Part shown: piece after piece, positions 1 through 14,500 of the stretch
Layout: every line of letters starts with the position of its first letter
Position numbering within the stretch: the first letter of the stretch is position 1
Assembly (NCBI GenBank): GCA_040954595.2
Contig: CM082593.2
Span: 2,993,434-3,057,433 of the forward strand
Length of the DNA: 64,000 bases
Direction of reading: 5' to 3'
From: Balanoglossus misakiensis
Lineage: Eukaryota > Animalia > Hemichordata
Program-made: the position numbers and the translations under genes
The notes under the pieces: generated by a model
Databases searched by the model: none
What the model was told of the DNA's origin: nothing
What the model saw: only the letters and a program-made list of their open reading frames with translations

Positions 1-399
1 AAGACAGATCAGCAAGGGTCGACCTCGCCAACGCGTAAAAATTCATCATCTGCGCTCCACGAGCGACACCACAATGAGTACATTAACTTGACTTCTGAAA
101 TGGGTAATATCTATTATTAATTTCCTGTGTCAGATGTAAACAGGAAAAAATGGGAAGGGTTTGCAATTTAGCGCAGTGGCATAGCAATATGTTATATAAG
201 TTTGAGTTACGATGAAGTACGGGATCGTAATGATACGCGGGTAGCTCTGTGGCTAATAGACATTGTATCTTTCATGTATATTTCATCCGTGGTGGTGTAT
301 ATTTCATTTTTGACGTACTTTTCTTCCAACGCTGTGGAATTTTATACGTCTGGTGTAGAGAAAGAACTTCTTTTATATGTCAGTTCGGTACACACTGTG

Positions 400-3300
400 A
401 CACGCCACGGCCTTGCTGAAAGAATAAACTGCGATTTGATGCGGCGGTGTCGCGGAATTGTCTGATTTTATTGCGTGGCCGGCGCCAGAACCAAGATTGT
501 GGCTGGATCTATGCGACTGGGCTTGTGGGTAAAATGGGGACTATTTGGGCATACCTGCGTTACTGAGAGACTCGCGTAGACAAACAAACACGGCGTAGGT
601 AAACTAACTTGACCCGTAATCGCTAAATAATATGTTGAATCAATGTACAGGGGGACTTTTCGACTGCGACTCCGTAATCACGCGCCCTTTGACATGCCTC
701 TTAATAATTGGCAGACTGTCCCCACGCCAAATATGTATTTTTTATCTGCAGTAGCAGACCGCTCGAGCGTGTCGGACACACCTGGGTAGTCGCTGGAATT
801 GGGGTATGGGGGCAAAACGGGGTGGGGAGACACGGTAGGTTTTTTTTGCCATATACCCTGAGGAACTACTGCAATATTTAGGCCATATTACAAAATTACC
901 TGTAGGAATTGACCCTTTATATGTCAAATAATTTAACCAGCATTACATTTGTTAAGTCAAAGAGTGGGATAGTGTTTACCTGTATTTTTTAATCCCCTTT
1001 ACCGTTTACCACAGTCGGTAGTTTCCTATCGTTGTTTTTATAGCGAAAATGTCAAAAGTGCATTTTTTCAACTTTTCTCTCCCGAAATCAATGTGGGAAA
1101 TCTGGACATATTGACTAAATCAGATCCAATGTGTTTAGCTGCGGAGTACTTAAACCATTTAGGGGAAATTTAAAATATAACCGGCTCCGCAAACTCCTTA
1201 AGATGATCAGCCCCATTTGCTTCCTATTAATGGCGCTTTTTTATCAGCTCTGGATTTTGTCATCACAAAACACGTAACAGACAAACGCGGCACTCAGATG
1301 TCGCCAGAAAAACTAGCCACTGAAGTGTCATTATTGTAAGCGCCTCCTGCTTCTCAGTTCCTATAGAAAACCTCTCCATCACCGCCAGAACGCGTTTTCC
1401 CCGGCACGGACAACTTTTACCACATGTGGGTGCGTCACGAAATCGTTTAACCTTGTGAGGGTCTGGAGCTTTGGATGCAAGTGGAGAGCAAATGTTTCGC
1501 ATCAAACGTTTCCCGTGGAAATGGCCTCGGCGCACATTTGCGGCAGACTGGAAATATTTCCTAATATTTGCATTTGAGATTTGCGTGCTTTTGAAATAAT
1601 TGTCGCCAGATTTCTCGTGTCAACATATCGCTTTTTGCGCTTTGTAGGATTTTCTGCCAGTGACAAAGGCGTTTACACAGTTTAGTAAGATGACCCTCCC
1701 CGATGCCCGGTATATCTGTAGCCAATCCCTGTCGGAACTGACCATCAATTAGACACTCGAACCACGTGGGTTACAATTCCACAAACAATTGTCAGTTTCA
1801 TGGCCAGGGTATTATTCGAGCTGGCGCCAACGTTGTTAGTGCCGAGTAAATTGCGGGGGTCTTGAAACCGTCAGAGTCCATTTGCCAAAGGATAGGTACA
1901 CACGAAAAACAAACAGAACGTGCTTCGACGGAAAAAAGACTCGCCGCACAACTAACGTCAGTTCACTTTCCCGGAGAAGAAATATCTCTATTCATGACTG
2001 CTTATGATTTGATTTGACTAATCTCTCTCGAGTCGCATGAGGGAATCATCTATTTGACTGCGTTTTGTTCTGATTTTGTAGTGAGAGGTCTGCAGCCCCC
2101 CGCTCGGTAAATGGTTTCGCCCTAGATTATGTCAGATTTGAAATCTTTTTGCCCCATTTCCACATAAACACCCACACTTCACAAGCGGTGAATGTATGAG
2201 CGGCGACTCTCATCAACTATCATTGGCGTTCTGTTTTGCAGAATGATCGCATTTCGGCGGTGAAGGCTGCTGTACCCGCCAAGAGCTCCTGTCCGGGAAC
2301 TGTTGAGTGGTGTTTTTCGGGCGAAGTAACCGAACTTTGACCGTGATTTCTTCTGCTGGAGCTGGAATTGGACTTTGTTGTGACTTAATTTGAAACGTGC
2401 TGGACTGTAGTACGATATGGGTACCTCTCATAAACACATGGTTCTTGCGAGATCAGGTCGTCTGTCACACAATCGACTGCTCGTCCTGGGGTTTGCAGTC
2501 CTACTAGTATCACATACTGTCAGATCACAAGGTAAGATGTGCCGTGCTGTTTTGTGCTTGTGTTGTAAGTGGAAGTTTCACTCAAGTTTTGTGTGATGTA
2601 GTTCAGTGTGCGTGTGTGTGTACGGTCAGTCTCACTGTCGTCTGCCTATTTGTAAATGTAGTCTGCTCCGAGTTGATTGTGGTCGGTGTGAAGTTTGCTC
2701 GGGTCTCGATCGCGAGGCCCGAGCATGTCTGAATTTCAAATAGTGTACTAAATCACGCGATACCATGTTTGTCAATGAGTTGACGCTGGTAACACTAAAC
2801 CAGGGGCACTTTTTTCATTCACCGCGCTCAAAGCAGGCGAAGGCTGCCATCTCTCTAAGACCCCTGAACGGCAATTTGAATTTTCGGTAGAGCGTGTCGA
2901 CAGTAAGACGACTAGTGTTTCAGATAAGTTTTTGTGTCCATGTAACGCATACATGACATTTGAACAAGGGGGCTGGGCCGAAAACGCCTCGAATTTGCTC
3001 CAGTTGCCTACTAAGTAGGGGGACTTTTCGCAGATGCGAGGCGATCGCGACGCGACGCGCCGGCCGGTGCAGTGCGCGAGCGCGCTTGAAATGTACAACA
3101 CCAACGCGACATCCACCAGGGTTTTACCGCGGCATAGTTTGGTTGGCACGATTAACGGGTGGCAGTACGTACGGCGACTTTTTTTGAAGTATTTTATTAT
3201 CGCTGCACTAGTCTTTGTGCAAATTTACCCTTTAAGCCGTGGTATAAAAACAAGTTACTAACCGGTTTTTGATTTGGTGTCGGTCAGATGGATCTGATCG

Positions 3301-4760
3301 GATCATTGTCTGGAAGCAGAAAAAAAAATACTATAGCTCGGTGGTTGATTGTGATTACAACAGCTGAAGCAGACAAATTTTAATCCTCCAAAATTAACTA
3401 ATGAAGCGTTACGCATCAAAACATTACGATTTGCCACACTCGGAGCTTATTTTGGTAATTTTGCGGTGATTAAAACTTTGTTAATCGCATGTAGAAATAA
3501 AGGATATGTGAGAAAGAGCGGACTGACTATATTCTCTTTTTTTCGGAAGCGAAGTACTGGAGTAAGCAGTTAATACAATTAGCTAGGCTCCTCTGCGAAA
3601 GGCCGTGTTACATGCTGCTCACCATTCAACAGAGAGTTTCGAGTTTCGTGTCCGCTGTTTTCCACAAGAACACTCCAACTCGAGATCTTTTTTGTTAGCC
3701 TGAAAGGGTGTATTGTTCGCGAGGAGTGCCCCCTTTTCCTCCAGGAGGGGGGTTTTGTGAGCAGGTCAAGCAAAGAGAGAGATAATAAGCCCAAGATGTT
3801 GTGGTTGATCAAAAGGGATCAAACGGCCAAACAATACCGTTGCCTCTCCAACTAAGCACACAGTTAATTTCAAGTAGGAGACTAGCCGGAGAATACATGA
3901 ATATTATTGTTGGAATCTGTGTAATTCCACTGGAGCATATTCCTGAGGGTCCCTATTTGCACTTGGTTTGACTGGTTCATTCATTCTTTCAGCGCTTATC
4001 AGACTCGCGTCAATCAGGTCTCCATTTTTCTATGCCCAGAAAGAAAGTCACTTTTCTTTGAAGTACAAAAATGTATTAAAACATTGAAAAACGGTCGTCG
4101 GGAATTTGAGTTGCTTTCAGACGGTCCCCCAGTGAAGTGGAGTATAGCACGGAAGAGATCGCACATGCAAGTTGTGTTCTCGTTGTCAGTTTTTCTTTAT
4201 TTGACTTTGAGCACAACGTTTCGCGTAAAAAAATCTGACTCCGTCTGGTGTTCCGCGGACAGAATGATACAGTTTCCTTGTTAAATAAATTCATGTCGCG
4301 TTGGGAAGCGAAGATTACAGGGTTCGTTGTTGAAAGAAATTGAGCGCTTACCTAGTGTTTACCGTATCGGAGCTGGATGGTAACTGACACAGATGGTTGT
4401 GAGCACGGCTATTTAAAGGCTTGGGCTGAGGGCGCTCTGAGTATGTAAATGAATGTAGTGTGATTGTGTTTTTTTATGCAAGAATGTTTAGGCCATTAGG
4501 TGTTAATGTGCGTAATTTGGTGATCCATTGTGATTGTAAGTTTCTTCGGAAGGTGTCGCTAGTTTCGTTAACTTGTACTATGCAGATACAATTTTGCCAT
4601 TTTGTAGCGAGTGGTCTGATTGGTTGACGTGAATGGCTACTGGCTTACGCGTATGTGTCTATTTCATCTAATGGTGGACAGATGATCGTTGAAACGTACT
4701 ACACTCTGTGTTCGTTTCGCCGGCATTTTTTTTTGCACTTGGCGCACGTCACGTGTTCAG
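400..4760. promoter_or_regulatory. CpG-enriched zone around exon 1, probable promoter/5' region
   Basis: CG dinucleotides are visibly denser than in most of the intron (e.g. 3035-3085 GCGAGGCGATCGCGACGCGACGCGCCGGCCGG). An Inr-like TCAGTT is at 1958-1963. Judged by eye; the TSS is not determined. Confidence 0.4.
2417..2531 (+). CDS. unc5: UNC-5 netrin receptor, putative first coding exon (signal peptide)
   Basis: ATG at 2417 has good context (GATATGG) and an in-frame TAG lies upstream at 2408-2410. It encodes MGTSHKHMVLARSGRLSHNRLLVLGFAVLLVSHTVRSQ: basic n-region, hydrophobic LLVLGFAVLLV core, polar c-region. It ends at a strong donor CAAG|GTAAGA in phase 1, and G+TT gives Val in frame with the exon at 57675. 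A second in-frame ATG is at 2438. The link across 55 kb is inferred. Confidence 0.75.
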
Positions 4761-7700
4761 ATGAATTAAATTCTTTTATTTGTAGGTGATGTTGTGTATT
4801 ATTTTGTGGGTTGTTTGATTGGTGGATGTTCTTGTTGGTGATGTTATTTCCCATTTACAAAATGAAGTGGCTAGCTTTTTGACAGCTGTGGGTTTTCATG
4901 TCCAAAGGAGAGTTAACAACATGTCATGCTTGTAACTGCTTTCTAAATACATTGTTCTGTTTCTGTTTGCACTGCTCTTTGGCAATAAATTGAATAACAG
5001 TCATTTTATTGCCACTGTAGCTGTCTGACTGTAATAAAATTGATTGTTGATAGATGAATTTTACTGAATCCACATTTTTTTAAATCATTTTTTTTTCTTC
5101 AATTTTATCAGAATTTTTATCTTTGTCAGAAGGTAATCAGGGAATTTTTTGCTTGTCACTGATTGTGTGTGATAACTGTGAAATCATCCCAAAGTGGGGT
5201 TGTGTGTACTGTGCAATTGGAAACTTGGCAGACCAGATACATTGTAGTTGGCAAGCCCACCAGAGCTTGTCGGACCAGATAGTGGGTAGGCCCCATCGGA
5301 GCTGTCAGTGCCCACTGTTTACTTTTGCTGTTTATGAATTGTTGTGTCTGTTGGTTTTTGTTTTGTTCGCCCTTTCTTTGCAAAGTGGCCTAATCCAGTC
5401 ATCTGCCTTTACAGCACACAGTGGACACAAATGTTCCGATTTGCAAATCGCCCCTCCAAAAATGCAGCCCCTTTCTTCCACATAATTGCGGAGTACACAA
5501 CTCAGGGGGAAATTTATGCAGTGTTTTTGAAAGGCTTGAATGCCTGGCCGTGATCAGTTAAGCTGACAGCGACCGAGCTTCAGTGGACACGGGCCTTTGT
5601 TATTCTAATGTTGGGCTCTTGTGGCCAGAATACCAGTTACTGGGTGTCAGTGTGTCTCATTTCCCCGTGCATTAACTGTACAGCTCTCAGACTGCTGGGC
5701 CGCCTTCTTAATGGACTTTTAAGCCTGCCTCATAAAAAGAGAGTGGCTTTAAAAAAAGTTACTGCCCTGCTCAAAGTAGTGGTAGTTAGTTCAGGTGGGT
5801 TGCCTACCCCCCCCCCCCCCCCACCAGCTAGGCCTTTTCAGTGGGGGAAGAAAAGAAACCCACTTGAGATGGACTTTTTAATAAAGGATGGAAATTGAAG
5901 TGGGATATCACTGACAAGGGGTTGTGTCTTCTGATGAAAGCTGAAAGGCTTTTGCATGGCATCCTCGTCGAGTGCCTCCGTCCCTTAATGGGTAAGAGGT
6001 TTTTGCTAATTAGCCAATCCCACTTGGAGTAATTTTGCTTTTCTTTCCACCGCAAGCCTCCTTTAGAGAGAAAGCACAGCGGACCAAGCCCCCCTTTTCT
6101 CCGGCGGGAGATTTTCAAACAATTTTAGCGATCCCTTTTCTGCGCGATTGTCATCCCTGCACTCATCTCTGAATGGGAGGACAAAGGAGTCGGGCGGCCA
6201 ACAGAGGAACGCTCCTCTTTGCATGTAAAAAGCCCTAGATTAGTATTGTCCGGGGGATTATGGAAGTCAAGAAATGGGTCCGTGGCCCTCTCCCCTCCAC
6301 CAACATAATTCCATGTCCCGAGCTCCGGCTCGCGGGCTGCCGATATATCCCACCAGTGGTGTGACTGACTGTGTGCCACGGGCTTCCGTTCGATTCAATA
6401 GCCGAGTCGTCTCCTGTTGCCCGAGCATGTTTTTTGTGTAAGCGTATATGTACTGTAATGTATACTGTTGGTCTTTGGGATGTGTTGCCACTCCAGCTGA
6501 AAAGCCCTGACACAACAGGACCCCTGCTTGAACTTTTTTTCTTCTAATAGCAACAATTGTAACTCCTGTCGTGGGGCAAGCCAGTAGGCAAGTGGAAACC
6601 AACCAGCCTGAGCTTTATGCTGAGAGACTGAGTCATTATGGGGCTGAGAGCTGTGTGTGGAGTGCACGTTTTTCCAGATTGCAGCCCCCACTTGCTTAGA
6701 AAAGCAGCGGAGTTGTCAGAGCGCCGAGTGGCCCGTTGATAAGTTCCAGGCCATTTTGAGCTTTTAAAAGGTCATGAAGGGTAACCTGATAGCCGTTGCC
6801 AGAGTAGTGTTTGTTTCACCTCTTAACCATCCTGATTTCATTCCGCGACTCCAGTTGTGTCTTTTAGTGGTTAGTTTGTGTTTTGCACGCATCCTGTTCG
6901 TCTGTCAGACCAGCTATACTTCAGAACCCACACCGACCGGAACAGCCATGCCTGTATCACTCTCTCTCTCTCATTCTCAAGCAGTCCTTGGAATTTTAAA
7001 ACAGGGAATGCTGGGAATGCAGTGTTCCTTGATTGTTTATGGTTACAGACCGGCATCATGTACATTCTCCGCTTGCTATTTTTTCTACAGTATATCGTCG
7101 AATATTTGCAAATGAAGAAATGAGTAAATAAAATAGTTACATTATATTATATAATTATTACACATGTTATTTGCCAAAGTTTCCAGTAAAACTGTCATCG
7201 CATACCAATTTTAGTATTCCAGTTCTCTAAAACTGTTAGAGATATTGCTTAATGTGTATCAAAATAGAAGGGAAAAAATCAAGCTCCTCATGTACTAGTC
7301 TATTCAGTGCATATCTGAAAATAAAATACTACCGTAATATGAATTATTCCTTCAGGTGATAGATCAGCTACATGTATGTGAAATATGGAAGTATTAATAC
7401 TACAGTTGTGAAATTTTTGTGAGTTTCAATTAGGAAGATAAACATACTATAATATTAATTAGTCATCGTATGCCCCAGGGGAACGTGAATATGTTATCTT
7501 AGCTGTATGGCGCGATAAATCAAGATTTCATAATTCCGGGCTGTACTAGAGCTGAAATGTCTACCAATTCATCTATCGTAAATAATTCTCCAGTACTTTT
7601 GAAGGTACATTAAGTGTATTTGCAGTTCAAGCAATAAATTTCGAAAGGTTTTGGCGGAGCCCATCAAAAATTCTTTTTTGGGGCTATGCAAACTGTTTGT

Positions 7701-10700
7701 AATGGCGGAAACCGGATAATTATTTCACATGTTATTTCTGACATTAGCATTTGCATAGCGGCTACTGTGAACATAGTGACTAATTTATCTCGTTGTCGCG
7801 TGTGACATTTAACGTTAGCTGGTCCTTCAGACCAAACTTGACAAACTGATGACTAATGTACTATTTTTGTTGGTGAAAAGGATAATTTCTTTAAAAGGTA
7901 GCGTACAATTCCAATGACTGGGAAAGAAACGTGAAGTAGGAATGTTTCTAAGTTGTATTTACTTTGGTCTTGTAGTCAAGGCCATGATGCCCTATTTTTG
8001 GCTTTTGGAAAATACCCTACGTGCAGTTGATATTGGTGATATTAAATAAATATGTCCTCAGTTTGGATACTGATGAAAAATGAAACTTGAATGAGAAAAA
8101 AGTGGCTTTGCTGGGGGTAACAGCTTAGCAAGCTATCCTATCAGCCGGCACTTGATTCTTTTATGCAAATGAGGTTCATATAAGGGACAGATCCATTATG
8201 TGTATTTGCGTGTATGTAAATGATCGTAACATTACAAGTCCGCTGCCAGATTCCGTGCATCAGTTCACTGATCTTTCGGCTCACCTGGAGATTTTATTTC
8301 ACGAAAGTTATTTGAAAGTTGACAAAACTTTATCACAGCCTAGATTGAATCGCTCGATGTTGGCTTGGTGAAGCAACTCTACCGTTTTATCGGGAACTTG
8401 GCGCAGAGGCAAAACTTCTAAAAGAAAAAGTCCATGGGTTGAAGAATATTGCAGAGCGACGCCAGTTGAAAGCATTGGCGGGGCTGTTAAAAAGAGAGAC
8501 TGATGAAGCTGTTTCAAACAGTCCGCCAGAGCATTGTACGCTACAAATAGCAGATATGTGTTACCTCATTGTGCACTTTGCAAAACACACACTGTTTAGC
8601 TGACCGCGTAGCTCATGAATAATTCATGACGTGCTCTGTCTGTCAGACTGGACTGATAGCCAAGCTAGCCAGAGAAGCGTAGTTGGGAAGAAGTTCCAGG
8701 TGCTATGTTTTGCTCTGTGAGCGAGCACACGTATTCATCAAATTTGGCAGTCCCCCACTCTCAAAAATTTATGATTGCTCCCTTAGTTTGAAATGTACCT
8801 AGATACCACGATTAGATTCACTGTATTGTCAGTGCAAAGGGTGCATTCTGAGCCAGCCATGACAAATTCATTTTATTCTATGAGAAAACTAATTTTTCAA
8901 CTGGAAAATGATTTCCCCAGTTAAATGTTCAATACATGCAGATAACTTCTTGATGTTTTTTTTGAGGTCTTTCCTTTTCTTCAGATTTGGCTAATAAATC
9001 ACAATTGGGGAGAAACATGTCAGTGAGAATTTTTCAATTATAATGACGACATTGTCAAGTCATAATTCTGTTATCAGAATATCCTGTGGGGGGAATGGAA
9101 GTTTGAATTATCAGTGCCAAGAGTGTAGGGACCTGAATATTTTACTTTTCTAGTCTGTACTATCACGGTTTGCTTTGGTGTGTGACTGATAAGGTTTCAT
9201 TTTCGCAGTCAAACTGAGTGTCCATTAGTAAAATTGTTTTATTGTGAGCTTTATGACCCGGTCCCTGAAGAAAACCTGGAAATTCTTCCACACAAATTTG
9301 GCCCATAAATCATCAAATTTTTATACATCTTGCGCAGTTATGGATTCTCGTGTAAATAGCAGTGGCTTTTATTCGGTGCTGAAGATTTAAAGGCCAAGTG
9401 GGAAAGGGTCCCTGTGACCTGTGCAGGAGGGGGATTGTCCCAAGGGGGATCAGTCAATGACCCTCCTCTCCCTACTAATCGAGTTTGCGTCTAAAATGTT
9501 ACTCAAACTTCAGGCTGTGAATGGTGCGACTTAATTTCATTGCGGTAGTCGTGTGAATGGTTGTGCGAATTAAAAATTTTACCATTCATATTTTATACTC
9601 TGGCTTAGCATGCAATATTGATAACCATGTGAATTACTTCAGCGGATCGCGAATAACGACATAGGTACCTTTGCAAGATGCCCGGCCTGACAAATGGCTT
9701 AAATTCCAGAACACAATGAATCATATCCCATAATATTTTACGAGGAACCGTCAATTGAATCTTTCAATTTTATGCCGTAGTTTTATCGCCAGGATTTTTT
9801 TTAGGCTCTGATCGGGATGAAGGGAAAGAACTGATATGATATCAGGGAAAAATAGCATGTTTGTAGAGCGCTAAGCTCTCTTTGATTTGAGCAAAGATAA
9901 AATACCATCTGCGGCAAAATGGTCTGGTGTGCCGTAATGAGGAAAATGTAATTTGAAGTTTTGATTAATGAAATTGTCAAGCAAATTTCATCCTTCCCAT
10001 GTCCGTGTGTTTGTAGCTTCTCTCTCTCTCGTTTTCATTTGAGATTTCCTACCCGGTTATAATAATAATTCTGGAAATATTACTATCTGCAGACTGATTC
10101 ACCAACAATAGGGTTCGTAATTACGATATTCCTGGTGATTCTGGGTAATAACGTTAAAGTGCTTCATTACAAATAAGCTTGTTGGGATTGAATTTTATTT
10201 TTAACGGCAGCTGGGAAAAGAATCTGCGGGAAGCGGGACTGACATCGGTGCCCGATACGTCACTTAAAGCGTTGATATTCTGAGAAAGATTCTCGGGAAT
10301 CGCGCGATTGAGGAAAGGGAGACAAATGGTTTAGGTTTCTATGTATTCGTGGCGCTTTGAAGAGTGCCATGCAGAGGAAATTAAATCAGACTGGGCCCTG
10401 TGTCGGAATTTCACAAAAGCGTGGCAGAATTGGATTTTCAGAATTGATCGGATGGGGCTGATCAGGTCTATTGGTTAGAGAAAGGAGTGAAGATAGGATA
10501 CTATGCTGTGCAGTGGTCGGTGCGATTTTGTAAGGAACATTTAGATGGTGCATCTGATTGAAAGAAGAAAAAGGACACACTGACGGCCCGTCCGAATGAA
10601 GTAGTCTTCAAGGAGGGATGAAACAGAACTGGTTAATTTCTGCGACCTATTATGCAGTCGTCGTTCTGTTGGCATCAAAGGTGGATGATTACGGTGGTTT

Positions 10701-11550
10701 TCTGGTCAATTCTGCCGCTGCCCGACATCATGAAAGGAGGCTTTGTCCGCAGCATAATCCCAGCTAAACTTGTTACAGTATAAGAATGGCAGGCAGAAAG
10801 CGCCCGTAATTGCTCCGTCTTGTTGTGTTTATTAGTCTCCTGACTTCGATCAAACATCGCTGCTGTGCCCGTCGCCGAGTGATTCGGCTGCACCAGCTGA
10901 TGAAATTGCAGCAAAAAATATAACAAGGCAAGCGCAGCCGCATTGACGACATCATTAGATCAGTTGATTAGGCAGGCATTGTTTGAGAACTGATATTAGA
11001 AATTCGTGCTTTATTTACCGAGTTAAAAATTATTCATGTTTTTATACATTTAATGACGTTTAATGACTGCGAGAAGCAAATTACATGCTCTCTGGTGTAC
11101 ATACTGGGGATTGTCTTTCTGAGTCGGGCAGCTGCACGGTGGGGGATCTGTCGCCATAATCTGCAGGCCTAAATTTCTGATTGCATGTTATGATCATTGG
11201 GGCAATTGAGCTGAAAATGCTATTGTTCCAAGGCAGACAGTTGGGTATTTGTCTGAGAGACAGGGAGTGGATGTTTATCTTGAAATTGGGGCTTCTTGGA
11301 GACGCCACTAAGAAACTTCCAATCAAGACAGACCCAGGCAGACGTCCTAAGCTCTTGAACCATCTCGAGTGTTCGTCCTAAATTTCCATCAAACGCAGCA
11401 CTTCTTGAAGTGTCTTTACGGCGCTGCGCAAATACGGATTGCAATTCTCGGCACTCGCTGTTACATTGGAGACCGGGCGGCCTTGTGTCACCATAGAGAT
11501 TGGTCGTACGTCGCCATGGAGAAAGCAAACCTCGGTCGCGCTTCAGTGGA

Positions 11551-11570
11551 GGGGGGGGGGGGGGGGGGGG
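11551..11570 (+). repeat. Poly-G run (G20)
   Basis: Read directly from the sequence. Confidence 0.95.
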
Positions 11571-14500
11571 AGAAAGCGCACGTCAACGACACTTGAAAAA
11601 TTCAAGAATTTGGCCAAGGTGCACGTATTTGCTGAAGTCTGTAATAGTGGTACGATTATTGGAGGCTTGCGTCTCCCTGGGGGAGTCACATTTAGTCTAG
11701 CTGCCGGTGAAACAAATTGAATTACGGGCAAACTTGCACTGTGGTTACACACTCCAAGACATTCGGTCAATGCATTGGCATGCTATATTGCAACCTAGCG
11801 GCATATGGTCATGGAAATACATTTTTTTAATTCACCACTCAGGTGTAGAGCAGGGACATGGGGGAGTAATATACCCCCCATAAATATTCATGAATAGCCC
11901 TGGACATGCATCATGGCACGCTGATTGTCTTAATATCATATTTGAATTCGCTGTTTTTCAATTTACAGGAGCAGGCCCCAGATTGGACATTAAGCATTAA
12001 TGCCTCAATTTTTGATTTTCTGCCCAAGGATAAAGGGCTGCGAGTTAGTGCAGAGAGATCAGAACCCAATGATCCACTGAATAAATTTCCTTCTGATATG
12101 AATCAGACGTCTCTGAATAACATTTTTACTCGGGGAGCAGCCATAATTGAAAACTGAAGATCTTTTACAAGTGGGAGACAAATTTATCCATCTGCGGAAA
12201 TTCTCCCGCCCCTAAGTTAGCATTAAAAGTATCTTGAGCAGTGGGTAGCATATGTTTCAATCTAGCAGTTATCATGATAGAGGTTTGATTAAGCAGGCAA
12301 ATGTAAATAAAATGGTTCTGAGGGCTGTAATTTATTCTACTGCAGTGTATCGAGTCGTGATGTGAGTAAATTGTGCTGAGCTGGTGATTTCCAGGGGAAG
12401 TACATGTGATGATGGTTTTTTCCGTCGTTTTTTTGTGGTTTTGTGCTCTCTTCACGAAATAAATTTTTTTTCATGTATAGGCTGCTTTCGTTGTGGTGAG
12501 TAAACATAATGAGAGGAGACACTATGGAAAAAAATATTTTATGAATTTTACTAAAAACGATACCTAAATATAAAGGGGAACTTTTGAATCAAATGGTGCA
12601 ACGAATTATGCAAATTTCTTTTGAATTCAAAATGGCCGCCAAAGGCTTTGAAGTGAGGAAGTAATAGATTTTCTTGAAAAATAATAACATAAAGCCAGTA
12701 ACTGGATGTATGTGTTATTTTTTTTCTTCAAAATGGCTCCATACAAGCTTAGTTGTCGCGAAGGACAGAAAAGACATGTGGGATTTCTCTTTCCCGGCCA
12801 GGCAGTCCCAGAGGTCTGTTCCACGAAGTTAACAGTATCGATGTTCTGGCGAGATTTAGAGACACCAGGTGTGATGGCTCGGTCGTGAAATCACTCCACA
12901 AGATTGATGAAACTTTGAGTATACTTCTTGCGTGCACCCAGAAGCATAATTAAAACTTTACAACAGCGTCTGAGTAATGCCTGAAATTACTCCCGGTAGT
13001 GCGTGTCGCAAATCAACTGGAAAGGCCCACCTTCCATAAGTGAAATTTTTATGAGGTGCCGCTTTCTATATTCATAAATAACCCCCGTGCCAGGTGTGAA
13101 TATTCCCTTTTCGCCACCTTGAACATGCGTGACTTGTGATTCGCAGAGTTAGCCATCTATAAAAATGTCTCGAAGATGCATGGAAATTTTCGTATTAGTC
13201 TTTCTCACCTCGGTGCATTGATGATGCTGGTCAGGTACTTAATTTTATATTTCATAGTGCTACATACATTTACGCTCTGCCGAGGAGTCATATTCTCCGT
13301 GCCCAGCGTTCGGAAGTGTCTTGTAGACATGAATCATTGACGAGACACATTAGCAGTAACTTCTGAGAGAATTTTAAGAACAATTTTTCTTGGTGTATCT
13401 ACCTGCTGATCCATTAAAGCTCCACTGTCTGTAACTTTTGACAATTTTTCTAGTATTTTTGTTCTGTGTATCAACCATGTTTTTCTTGTTTGGCTCCTAT
13501 AGCAAGATTATACACTCTTCAACATGTCCATACAGTGTAGTCCCAAAATTGACATTGCTACTTTAATGCATTTGTCAGCAATAACAATGGTCCGTACATA
13601 TATAAAAATGTACATGACTTGTTGACGAGTTGAAGAAACAAGCATTTTGGAGCACTCCCTTCAAGTTCCGAACACACACAAAAAACAACACGAAAAGAGT
13701 CCTTGGCAACTAAAAACCCTGTGTAACTTTCCAAATGAGTTGTGGCCTTCTGCAGGGATTGAGTGGAGACTTCCTTCATTAGTGATGGAATTTGAGAATG
13801 CAACAGATTTTGCCCTGTTAAAGTGAAATGGTATACATCATAAAGCTGACCTGTGTTGGTAATTAGGAAACTATCCTTTACTCTTGTGTCAAGCAAACAT
13901 CGCCTTGTTAGAGGATCAGTGAACTGGAAAGAAGAAAAAAAATACTGCGTGCACACGCGATATGTGGAAGTTAAATATACAAGAAATTGTTTCGGGGGGG
14001 GGGGGGTAAATGTGATTGGGGGAGGGGTGATATTTAGGATGGGGTGGACAGTCGAGCCTTATGAACTCAAGTAAAACACTACAGATCATAATAATAACAG
14101 CAGCTGATGGCAATGTATTGAGGACCCCTGACTTCCACCAGTGGACATCTTTGTTGCCATGGGAACAACCAATCAATGGTTACAGGACATTGTCATTTTT
14201 GTTAGACTTTGGTAAAATGGTGCATAGAAATAGGTTATTTCAGAGCATGAATGAAGATAAGCTCTCTTAAAGACAGCTGTCATGGTCTTGGACTGATTCT
14301 GAGGAGGGGATTTTCTTGTTTCAGGTGAAATTATGTGGACATGGAGCAAAGCTGATTAAACAATGATCATTTGGTGTGCCTGGACTCTAGCCCGCAGGAA
14401 ATAATCCCCAAATATGAAATATTAATTGCTAGCAAGCCATAGAAACTGCTTAACAACGTGATTAGGGTATCCAATTTCATTCTGCCTAATCAGTAATGAA

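Noticed and set aside
4377-4440. Possible alternative first exon MVTDTDGCEHGYLKAWAEGAL with a phase-1 donor TGA|GTATGT
   Set aside because: It is frame-compatible with exon 2 but has no hydrophobic signal sequence and a weaker donor. Unsupported without transcripts.
7487-7536. GTTATCTTAGCTGTATG resembling the 3' part of miR-9 in a loose hairpin
   Set aside because: The miR-9 seed (CTTTGG) is absent, there is an extra base, and the pairing is too poor for a pre-miRNA.
12540-12750. Possible interspersed repeat fragment with TTCAAAATGGC twice (12626, 12727)
   Set aside because: No termini, target duplication or second full copy in the window. It needs a genome-wide search.
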